Below, piece after piece: positions 49,116 through 60,837 of a DNA stretch of 64,000 nucleotides; the first letter of the stretch is position 1, and each line of letters begins with the position of its first letter. The stretch comes from Macrostomum hystrix (lineage: Eukaryota; Animalia; Platyhelminthes). A program made the position numbers and the translations under genes. The DNA is taken from assembly GCA_950097015.1 (NCBI GenBank), contig CATNEN010000007.1, positions 11,780,001 to 11,844,000 on the forward strand, given 5' to 3'. The notes under the pieces are model-generated. The model was not told the origin of the DNA. It searched no databases and saw only the letters and a list, made by a program, of their open reading frames with translations.

Positions 49116-51173
49116 CTATCTGCTCAAATCCACCTCAAAAGCTGTTCCAAAATGCAGCACTTTCCCCTTTCAGGTTGTAGGGACCAAATGTAAAGAATAC
49201 TGCGACGCTTGCTAGAACGGTGTCGTGACAGGAAATGGATATACACAGCGAGCATATGAAGTTTGTTGTATCTGGAAAGTAACGGCTCAATGAGACTCCT
49301 AGCAAACTATGTATCTTGAGCTAAAAGCCGGAATTCACTGAACTAAAATCCTGCTCGTCAGCTGCTAAATATGAAGCTCAAATTCAACCCAACCAACTAC
49401 AAACTACTGTATGCAAAAAGGACAGTGCGCAGAACGCTAAGTCCTAAAGCAAATATCTTAGCACAGACAGCTCTTAAAAATATACAGGCAGCGCATTTTC
49501 ATAGCAATTATTTTATGTGAAATAGCACTCCACTGTCACTGTAACTCTATATAGCTTTACTGTATTAAGTACTGAGCTATACGGTTTCGCGATTCTTAAC
49601 TAAAAAACACCAGCTAGTGTAAGGACTGAAAGTGAGTATATGCATTGTATGCCAAGATACGAACAAAACAGGGCCCGATATTTAAACAGTAAAAAAGATC
49701 CTTGGCAGCTGTCTGTTAGGGCTGAACCTATTGAGTGACTAATGACTAATGAGCATAGTCGCAGACAGACAGGGAAGTACGCTCGTATGAAGGTAGCAGA
49801 ACTGTAGTTCGGGAGATGGCAGCACTAGCGCTTCTGTGACAAGTGCAGGTAAAACTAGCTAAAGTACGCTGCGCAGCAACACATTATTAACCAAGCAGCA
49901 ATAAAGCTATTTTCTTCAAGTTAGCCTCTCCCAATTCATTGTTTTTCCGCTGTCTTGTTAAGTTTTTTACATCTGTTCCTGCGCAGCAGCTGCAACAGCA
50001 CTAGCAGCATCAGCAGAAGCAGCAGAAGCAGCAACGAAGCCATTGTGAAGTCTTTGCTACCTCAATGCTCCTCGCAGTGCTTACCCACTTGCGACTGCCA
50101 ACATTGCCATGGCTTTAGTTCAATCAATAATTTAGAAAATGCCAGTCTGGAAGGGACAACACTAAAGCAAGCACACCTGCTGACATCGACCACCTGGATG
50201 AATGAAAGCAGCAGGCTTCAACAACAGAAGCAGACCCCATTCCTGTGTCATTTAGCCCTAGCAAAGGGTTGAAAGACAATGGTACCCAGCTTAGAGCAAA
50301 GTTCTTCTAAAAAATGAACTACCAACAAAAAGAGTGAACTGTGTGTAAGAAGACATTCTTTTAGAGTTAACAGTTTCTGGAGGTTGCAGTTCTAGGTTAG
50401 GGTGCATAAAAATTATGAAAAATAAATCCCGACCGAACTGTATAGAAATCAAGCTTTGCTCAAGCGGCCTTCGATGAAAAAATGACTACCGAGTTGCTGA
50501 GGTGAACAAGGGCTGGGTGAGTACTCAGTGTCATCTACTCATTGGCTTGGTAACTGTGCACTAAGCAGGTGCCTGCGAGCTTCGCATGAAGAAGAGGTAG
50601 GAAGCAGAGCTTGCAATGTGAGCAAAACTCGAAGATATACATAGCTAAACTAGGCCATTAACTGCAAACAAAGCCTACAGTTAGGCTGATCTTTTTAAAA
50701 GGGATGAGCACTTTGGACTAACAGCTATAAATCTAGACCTAGGACTCAACTGCTGTGTTCGAGAAAATGTAAACCAAACGCTGTGAAACTATTAAAAAGA
50801 TCGCAGGACAGTGTATTTATTTTTTAAACTTGATTTTGCCATACGACAAGGGTTGACAAGTGTTCAAGGTGGAATTACTGTGGTTAGACAGAGTTTTAAG
50901 ATCTGCTACTTTAAACTGCACGGAGAGGCTGATGCATGAACACATCAGCCTCTTCGTGCTTCATCAGTATAGATGCTTTAAACTTTCTCTTGCTGCAATT
51001 TGCCTGAATTCAAATAACACGAGTAAAAATGAGCCTGCTTTAAGTTCGCTAAATCCTCGCCTCGTTTAAACGTGAACCCAAATTTTTCCAAAAATAGAGG
51101 GAACTTTAAACACAACAAAACTAAACGCATCCGACCGAGATGACAGAGGTACCAGAGTCACTTGGGTTCTTCT

Positions 51174-54100
51174 TCACTCGACATCGTCTTCTTGGATCTC
51201 AACCACTCTCGGCTGCTAAAAGGATAGTGAGGGGTGGCGAGATTTGACTTTACTTCCTAATGATCTGGGAGGGAGGAGGCTCAGACTGAGGATCTGGGAG
51301 GCAGGAGGATCAGACTGAGGATCTGGGAGGCAGGAGGCTCAGACTGAGGATCTGAGAGGGTGGAGGCTCAGACTGAGGATCTGGGAGGGATGAAGCTCAG
51401 ACTGAGGATCTGAGAGGGTGGAGGCTCAGACTGAGGATCTGGGAGGGATGAAGCTCAGACTGAGGATCTGGGAGGGAGGCTCAAAAGAAGAAGACAGAAT
51501 TGTAACAGCCAGTTCGACAGCTCACCCGGTCCTCCATGGGCACGCTGAACGTGCTGCCGCTCATCTCTCTAATAAGGGCCTCCCTCGCCTTGCTGAACTT
51601 CTGCTTAGCCTGCGGGAGGGCGGCCAGGATGAGCTCGAAGATCTGGCTGGGCAGGGTCTGCTGCAGCATCTGCAGAAGGTGGCTGGGCTGAGCGCACACT
51701 GCGATGGCAGTGGCCAGGTGCTCAACGCCGCCCTCGATGTCGCCTTGGCCGAGCAGGCTCTCCCCAGTCTGGATCTCCTCCATAAAGAAGCGCTGAACGG
51801 CTTCGGCATCGCGCAGGTCGGGCAGGTCACCTTCAGCTTTCAAGCGTCGGGCCTCTTTCTGCTGACGGCGCTCTGCGAAGAGGATTGAGTTGGGTTTGAT
51901 TTCACGCGGTGCAATTACCCAGGTGTACCCCTGGGTTCAGAAACAGCTGTTGGGACATGAAAATTGCAGTTTTTACGCAAACCTGAAATTCTCCACACTA
52001 ATGCACAATTCGAACCCTGTGGCGCATGGCAAAAAAAACACAGTACAATCTACAGTACAGATAATCAAGTGGCAATCAAGTCTAAGATCACTACGGTGCC
52101 CTGAAGCAGGCCTGGACTTGAAAAACATGTTCACAATATGGCTCAACAACTCCTTATTAGAACCAGGTTATTAAAAATATCCCTGGGATGAGGGAATCAA
52201 GGGTTCAGCCGGTATTAAACTGTACGACAGCAAAGCGGACTGAGCGGCAGACTAGATCATGACTGCAACGTGGCTTCAGTGGCCTGGGCATCATTAATTA
52301 GGCAGCGCTGATCAAGGCCGGACAAGTTGCCGGCACCAATGTAGGGAAGGCCTTGAACTGGCCAGGCATTTTGAGCCAGGCACGCGGCTGGAAATTCTCG
52401 CCCCCCCCCAGTTCAGCGGGGCGCGGAAAAGATGGCTTTAGGCAGAGGGATCCAGCACTGGAACTGGAGGGAATACCTAATGAGTCCGAGGCGGAACAGA
52501 GGGCACTGCTACAATAGACCTGATTTTGGTGCAGGTAGAAGTGGCTTGTTACGTATATTCTTTGTCCTGCTACCGCTTTTTCAAATTGAATATAGACCGC
52601 GAGTTTACTTATCAGATCTGGACATTCTACCATGTCTATTTAGAAATTTTTCTCTGTGAATTTCCGATCCTGACTCATCCAAACAACGGAAGTTAAAATA
52701 CTTGTTAGCATTCTTCTTTTGAAGAAGCGGCAAATTTATCTCGGGTAAATGCAACGATAGGAAATTTTTACTCCGTCACGCTTTGACGAAGAGATCATTG
52801 TTAGATTCAGATGAGACTAGAGCGAAATGACGAATTCAGAGAAAATGCTATTTACAAAATACAAAGCATCCAATTCAGCTCTTGAAGCCCATTTTCTCCA
52901 CTCTGGGCGTGATCTACTGCGATGATTTAGTGATCTTTGGAGAGAATCCTCGAGAGTTGCAGAAGGGCCTCGATAAAGTGTCAGAATTTTGTCAGAGCCA
53001 CAAGCTAGAAATCAATATGCAAAAAACTAAGGTTATTAGCTGTTGCCCTGACCCATCAAAGACGGCTAACAAACTATTTCTGCAGGGACAACTGTTAGAT
53101 AGCGTCAAAGAATGGCAATATCTTGGCTTTCACATCAATGCTAAAGGAACCGTGGATTCCCATGCCACAGAGATTAACAAAAAATGTGGATATCCTATTC
53201 TTCTCTTAAGGAAATTAGCCAGCCATGGGGCGGTCAGATACAATCAGCTCATGCTGTACTGCACAGCAATGATAGAAAGCATAGCTCTGTACGCCTCTGA
53301 GGCCTGGGGGGCTTTTGTCTCGTGGAACCTGGGTCCTTGGGACCGCTGTCTTTTTGAAAGAGTAAACATCAGGTGCTGTAAAGCCATACTACAAGTCAGC
53401 CAAAATACGGATGGCAACGGGGCCCGCTCGGAGTTAGGCAGATTGCCTTTATTATACAACATCCAGAAAAGAAGCATTTCGTACTGGGCCTCCATAACAA
53501 GCCGGCCGGACTCCATAATTTCCAAGTTATTGGCGGACCAAACATACAGTGATGTTGGAATCAAAGCAAAGACCAACAATGACGTTATGCTGAACTGCAG
53601 AGGCATTAGTCCTGCAAAAGCAATTGGAAACCACAGGAAAAATTTCGTTTCTCAGTTCGATACCCATTGGAGACAAAGGACACAGAACTCAAGCAAGCTA
53701 AGTCACTTCTATTACTCCTTCAAGCAATATTATTCAGCCGAAAAATATTTACAACAAATATACAACCCGGAGTGGAGACGTACCATAGCCTCGTTTAGAC
53801 TAGGAAACCATAAGCTAGCTTGCGAGACATTGCGAACTGCGAGACCGATAATTCCGTATGTAAATAGATTATGTAGTAAGTGCAAAACAGAAGTTGAAAA
53901 CGAGGTCCACTTCCTTTTTAAGTGCACTTGGAATAAATATAGCGCAGCACGTTCGAAATTTGAGACGGAAGTTTCTGGGAAAACCCCCAATTTCATATCC
54001 TTAACAGCAGAAGAAAAATCTAACTACATAATGGCTCAAGACGATAGGGAAACCGCTGAAGCTTTAGCAAAATACATCATAGAAATATCTAAAATAAGGG

Positions 54101-57100
54101 AACAGCTGCCCTGAGACTACGAGATCTTACTAGCATTCAACAATAGATATTTCATATTTTGTTTTATCCCTGCCGTCCCTTGTGTTTTTACTGCTCTTAT
54201 TTTTAATACCTTTGCTTTCCCTTCCCAGCTCGATATTTGATTCCTACTAAACTTCGCTTTTTATGTTGCTTTTCGTTGTTCATTTAAATGTGTTGTTAAA
54301 AAAAATATTTAAAAAAAAATCAGCACCCATAGATGGCGTGCGCGTTTTAATAATAATAATAATAATAAAAACTATCTAAAAGAGCAGCTGCGCCTTTCCT
54401 TTTAATAAAAATCTGTGCGCCACGTTCAACAGAATGCGGCTAATCACGTGAACCAGTGCCGCAGCCAATAGGGGAGAACAATTCACCTAGCCAGGTGATT
54501 GATTGCCAGAAATACAAATCCTTCGAGATTTTCGACTGTAAGAATACTTGTAAAACCCTTAAGGACGCATTAACCAAATGCAAGGTGGAATATTGGCAAA
54601 CAGGTGACTACTCTCATCCAATCTGATGAAGGAAGCATATGTGGAAACGCCAGGAACAGACGCTCACATCAAGTGGCTGACTAATAATACTCATAGAACA
54701 AAGGCCGCGCAGATGCAACGGGCGCACAAGTGGCAACTTCAGAATTTTGTCTCACTTAAGGTTGAGAAGCTGCGTGGCGCACATCTTCTGAGCAGGGTGT
54801 AAAGATAAAATGTGAAGCTGACAAAAACGCAAACACAAAATACCCCTCTCGGTCTACTTCAGTGCAGTTGAATGATAGATTGTGTGAAGTGAATATGCAG
54901 CTAGATGATTTGCCTATGTGGAATTTCTGTGCTACATTCTCAGTTTGCTGAAGTCCACTTGCTACAAAGCCTACTGATAATAGGCATCTCACAAAAGTAA
55001 ACTGAATTAAAAAAAAAATCATTTAAAGTCAGTTATTTAACACTTTCATCTTGTTTAATTTTTCATGATTCACAAACACACTTGAAATTTACACATTTTG
55101 TCAATTCCAATTCAGGAACACTTAACCCACTTCATAAGGTTGAGATGTTTTAGATCTGCATAGGCGATGGAAGTTTCGAGATTGCACTGTTGTACTTATA
55201 TCTATCCTTTTGTTTTGACAGGTTTGTCTTCAATGTTTTACAACTAAATTACTTCTGTTTCAAAGATGAGCCATAAAAAAGAGCGATAATGGAATAGTAA
55301 AACAGTAGAATAGCTTGAGTTTCACAAGCTTGATTAAATATCTAAATATATTTAAACAAAAAAGTAGGATATTCATGGTCTAATTGAAAAGTGATGAACA
55401 CCTTATGTTAATTGTTTAGTTACTGACGTTTAAATTGTTACCATACTATATTAAACTGATTTCATTCACACAAAAGCAAGCAAGCTAAGCAACAAAGACA
55501 GTTTTTATTTGCAGTCATTTTTAAACAAATTTAAAATAAAGCACATTTTACATAGTCTAAAATGAATCTATTAAGTTTTGTACCTGCATATAGTACTTGC
55601 AATATAAGTACAACTGTAATATAATTAGGCCGTAAGCACATAATAACTAGGCTTTAGAGAACATTAATATTGTTGACTAGATCAGTCTATGTTTTGCATA
55701 TGAGAGTACTTTGTGAATAAACTTCATTAGTAAAAAGTTACCACTTACATTACTTATTGAATATTGTCATCCTCCATTTTAATGACCTCCAAATCTTAGC
55801 CAAATTGCCAAAGCTAACAGCTAGACAACAGTAAGAATTATTTAAAATAAAAAGGATAAATAGAGAATAAAGAATGTTTCGTTATGCCTCATAAATCCCT
55901 TAACATAAAGTTACCAATTCAAACTTTATATTGCTTATACAAGTTTCCTGTAACAAACATACTCGTAATACAAATTTATCCTAAAATATTTATACAAAAA
56001 GCAACATTGTCTAATTAGTTCTAACTCTTTTAGATATCATATATGGTAAGTGTTATCATACTATAGCCATAGGTAATGCAGGGTGATCTTAGACTAAGGT
56101 CTGTATGCAGTTTATTGATTAAAGAAATTTCTATATTATGTTTAGGTAGACAAATTTGGCACCTATGTTTACCTTGGTGAACTAGAATTGTAGACTTAAT
56201 TCTTTCATTTTAGGCACAAATTGCTTTCCTATACTGAGATTTTAATGCTGACTGACCAACTTTTTTTGGTCAGAACTCCAAAGCTATGACCAGAAGGCTA
56301 CTTGTTCTCTTGTTCTCAGTTCTGATACATTTTTGATAACTAAATGCATTGTTGTAATACTAATCTGTATATAATTCTCATATTACAATTTATTTGCGAT
56401 ATTGTGACACTGTCCAGCTAACTAATTAGTGAATTAAGCCAACAAAGTAAGCAAGTGAACAAAATTAGTGCTATACAGAATTAGAAGCTATTTATAAAAA
56501 CATGACCAAAACAGAGTAAAACATCAAAATAAATGAATTAAGCAAAACTGAAAGTTTGACTACTGCATGAAAGTGAAAGCTGAAAAAATGATAACAAAAA
56601 TTCATATGTACAGCTGAAATCATAGTCTAAGTGAGCAAATGGTTGCAGCATGCATAGTAACAACTGTATGAAGGGTAAATTGTTTTTACACAACAGTGGC
56701 TGTAGGACGTAGCTAGAAGCTGAATTAAACAACTAAACTGTCCCCAGGCACTATCCAGCCTACAGTACATGCTAGGCATGTTTGCCTATATTGTTTAATA
56801 GGTGACATGCTGTTTGTAGCCAAATGGATAGATGAATAGATGATCCAAATGGATCAAGCCAGCCTTACCAAAGAGCAGGTGCAGCAATACATAGAATTGC
56901 AGCTCTCTGCATCTGGGCTTCTTAAACTTCTTGAACTTGGGCTTGTTTAATCATAAAATAGTTCCAGTTTTAGTAAGTGCATAAATCTGTATCTATATGT
57001 CTTTGAGGGTGCTGAGCCCAAAAAAGAAAACCACTTAGTTCCATCTACAACCTATTTCTATGGAATGGCTTCCCTAGAAATCATCACAGGATGACCACAC

Positions 57101-60100
57101 TTTGGGGCACATAGTGAATTCGGAATTTTAGAAAACAAATTTTGTTGGATGTTTTATTTGTTGGAAAATGGCAAATACCAAATAAATAGGATTTAGCTTC
57201 AATAGAGTCAAGAGGACCTATTAAATATTACTCATATTTATTATTGGGTGGCATTGGCCTAAAAGCTTTTGCAGAGACCCCAATAAATAGGAATACCACA
57301 CTAAGCCAGACATGGTGATAGAAGAGTTTCTAGTAAGGTAAATTCTCTGTGAATAGCAAATAGGATTTCACTTCAATAGAGACATCGGGGCCTATTGAAG
57401 ATTTATACTATTTATTACAGGATGGGCCTAACTGCCTAAGGACTTTTGCGGGATACAAAAATATATATATCAGACAACATAACAATGATAACAAATGACA
57501 GCAACAACTACATTCTTACATTGAATGTCATGTTTTTTTTCAATTTATTGATAGATAAATTGTTGATAAATAATAGGTAAATCAATACTAATTTGAATCT
57601 TCTTTTTCATAAAAATTATAAGCTAACTTATACTAATTTCTTAAAACATATTTTAAAGTTACAGGTGGTAAGCTACAATCAGATAGTCAGTCAACAACTG
57701 ACTCATAGACTAATACACCCATAGATCATAGAACCACTAGAAGACAGTAAGTGAAGTTTCAAGTCAATTTGAAAACCTAAAGTATTTTATAGGATTTCAA
57801 GTTCAAGAAGCCTCTGTATCTAGCCTTACCATTCCCTATTGGAATAAATGTCAAAAACCTATGGACGAGCAACATGGGTGTCATAAATGTGGCCCCAAAA
57901 CGCAAGGTGACATGATATGCTATAATAACCTAACCAACTAACTACGATTTATAAAACAGAAAATCTTTACCCTAAGCCCTGGCAATGCCCTGCAACACAT
58001 CGCGACACCAAAAAAGTCTGAAAATGTGACGGACAGTTGGACACCATTTGTCAACTTCCAATAGGGTTACCATTTGAGTGTCTGTAGCCTTGGTAGCTTC
58101 ACCCACATTGTTGGTAGCATTTATAGCCTTTTTCTGAAACTATCGTACAATTAAGATACATAAAGCCTTTTAAAAGACTAAAATTATGTGATTCTTGAAC
58201 CATAATCCTTTAAAATATTTTGGGCTTTTAATTGACTTCTAACTTTGTCAAGTGAGGAAAGTTTGAACAGTGGGTTGTGACTCTGCTGTAGCTTACATGT
58301 ACCTTTAAAAATGAATATTTGTAAAGTACAAGTTGTCAGTAGAAGTTTGTTTAAAGTTATAATGAAAAATTATAACTTCAATAATTGTTTTACCTAATTT
58401 TATGAACAAGTGTATATAAATGAACAAGAATGAATTTTATTTCAAATTAATAAATCTAGTTGCAGCTGTTATTTAATCATAAATGTCATGGTGTATGATT
58501 CACATATATAAGGGAGGTTGTAGCCTTGTGGTTAGGGCATCAGACTCACAACTTGAAGGTTGGGGTTTGATTCCCTGACTCCAATAGAACAATTTGTGTC
58601 CTTTAGCAAGAGACTTAACTCTGCATTGCTTCAGTTCACCCAGCTGTTAAGTGGGTACCAGTATCAGCTGGGATAATTGACAGTGTGTGTGGCGTCCTCC
58701 AAGTCCATGGACTGAAAAGCTGTATGTAGCCTTCAGATATTCTACACAATAGCTGCGGCTGCGCTGTCAGGTATAATCAATTTATTATTATTATTAGGGT
58801 ACTAAACTTTAGCAACTTGCTTTACCAGCTGAACCACTACTATACTGTGTGGCATAGGGCAAAGCTATACATTATCTACTAAACATTTTACCAATTATGA
58901 ATGACAAATATCAAAACATGCAGCAAAAAAGCAGAAGACCATAATGTCATAGGGCTCCCTTTCTCTAGTAAATTACTTTTATTTATCCACTGCAAAATGC
59001 TTAGTTAATAGTCAACTTTTGTTATATTTAAATTTAACCAATTATAGGGAAGTATAACACTTTAATTATATATATGTATATTTAATAACTGTGGTAGCAA
59101 ATCACAAGTGCCCAAGTGGTAAGACACTTTAACTCCCAAACTGTATAAAATCACTCTTTAATATTAGGCCTATTGGTTATAACCTGTCTTTAAAGCTCGA
59201 ATGGATTGGAGGGTACCAGTCAAACACAACATGTATTATTTACTCTTTTGCTCTACTCCATACATGTACAACACCTGGTCGGGGAAAACAAGGGCCAAGC
59301 AAGGTAAGTCGCAAAAACCAATCAACCAAGAGCAAAAAAATCAAAGGGGGACCAGGAGACAAAAAAGGAAGGCATGAAGAAGAGGAAAAAGGGGAGAGAA
59401 AAATAGAGCAAATGAGAGCAAACTAAGTCGTGAATAGAGCAATGAAACAAACTAAGTTGTAACTGAGAACAAACTAAGTTGTAAATAGAGCAAAAACTAA
59501 GTCATACGGCTGGCTAACATTTGGGAGGTTGCACGTGTATGCTCTAGTCATAAAACTGTCTCTGAAAAACCAATCAGCTTTCCCTTTTATCACCAAATAT
59601 TAACACAACACAAATGAAATTTAAGTGAAAGAACTTATTGCTTACGAAACATATATTTGTGAACTCCCGTCTTGCGGACCATTGCCTCTTAGTTCAGAAA
59701 AACATGCGCATATATAGAACAAATTCAGGTGGGCAGACATAGTTAAACAAAATGTTACAGCATATTCAAACAAAGAAAAACTATTTGCATATTTTTATTA
59801 ATTTTCTAGGAATCAAACAAATGGTACTTTATACTATATCATGTGAGCAAAAGTAAAAACTAACCTACCCCAATAATAATGTTTTTTAACAAAGTAAAGT
59901 CCCAGAAATATTTAAGTTAAGATAAAACTCAATCAATAAATTATTCTTATTCTTATTACAGATAACTTCAGACTATTTTTAACAGAAAACTTAGCTAAAA
60001 GGTAAGAAATTAATTAAACTACACACATAACATTTAGAAGCTCAGTACCTGAGCCCTTTGTAACATTAAAAAGGCAATAAAAATGCATCGAAATATAGTT

Positions 60101-60389
60101 GTTCCTTAGAAGAAACTATATTTATAACTTGTCATAATATCAGGTTCGATATTATTAACTACCTTAGGCCCCCTATCTACTAAATATTTTACCAATTATG
60201 AATTATAAATAACAAAACATGCAGCAAAAGAGGCAAATTTACAGTGAAAATTGTCAGCCACTCACTTTCAATAAGTTTCTGCTTAAAATCTGGTGCACGA
60301 CGTCGTTTTTGATCAAAATAAAGACAATAACCAAGAAATGCAGCACCAATTCCAGCTCCAATCGTCAAGTACTGCCTTCCTGATAACAT
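51174..60389 (-). CDS. TOMM20: Mitochondrial import receptor TOM20; exons 60389-60266, 51872-51526, 51215-51174
   Basis: AAFLGYCLYFDQKRRRAPDFK, LPDLRDAEAVQRFFMEEIQTGE, LQQTLP and C-terminal EDDVE*; all junctions GT-AG and in phase. Confidence 0.95.
51262..51483. repeat. ~30-bp minisatellite in the last TOM20 intron
   Basis: Unit CTCAGACTGAGGATCTGGGAGGGAGGAGG, ~7 copies. Confidence 0.93.
52882..54320 (+). mobile_element. 5'-truncated non-LTR retrotransposon (LINE, L2/Crack-like) in TOM20 intron 1
   Basis: RT motifs YCDDLVIF, LEIN..KTK, YLG; ELGR.P; C-terminal RLCSKC..VENEVHFLFKC zinc finger; T-rich 3'UTR and A-rich tail. Confidence 0.92.
58512..58797 (+). mobile_element. tRNA-derived SINE with Deu/Nin-like core, CpG-decayed
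   Basis: TAGCCTTGTGGTTAGG A box, GGTTTGATTCCC B box, GTGTCCTTTAGCAAGAGACTTAAC..CCCAGCTGTTAAGTGGGTACC core, (TTA)n tail. Confidence 0.82.
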
Positions 60390-60837
60390 TGTTTGTAAAA
60401 AATTAACTCTAAATGTATTTATTTATGAAAGATCTCACTAATATTAAATAATACTCATAAACTTTAAAAGCAAGTAGCTTTAGTTCCAGTCCAGTGTTAA
60501 GTACATATTCGATGCAAATACACACACTTTCTAAGAAAACCATAATGACGCTTTGTAACAAATTGAAGTCAATATTTAAGTAGTGATCGAACTCCTTAAA
60601 AGGTTTTTATTTCATTGTTATTATTATCAATAAAATTTATTTTTTTTTCTTCTTTCTTCTTATTTTTATTTTTATAGACAATTTGAATGAAATGTTAAGC
60701 CTAAAATTATGTACAATTAATGCTTTAACCTAGACTCAACACTCTTTGTAACATCACAAAGGCAATAAAAAGCATCGAATTATAGTCGTTCCATTAAAGA
60801 AACAATTTTTGTAGCTTTTCTTTATATCGTGTTCGAA
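60390..60837. promoter_or_regulatory. Probable bidirectional promoter between TOM20 and LIN52
   Basis: 448 bp between divergent ATGs; very AT-rich with a poly(T) tract. Confidence 0.6.

Noticed and set aside
1-51483. Palindromic cores in many minisatellite units as a shared signal
   Set aside because: 6-8-bp palindromes are expected by chance in 30-60-bp units
51418-51888. + strand 156-aa ORF
   Set aside because: Antisense shadow of GC-rich TOM20 exon 2 plus minisatellite
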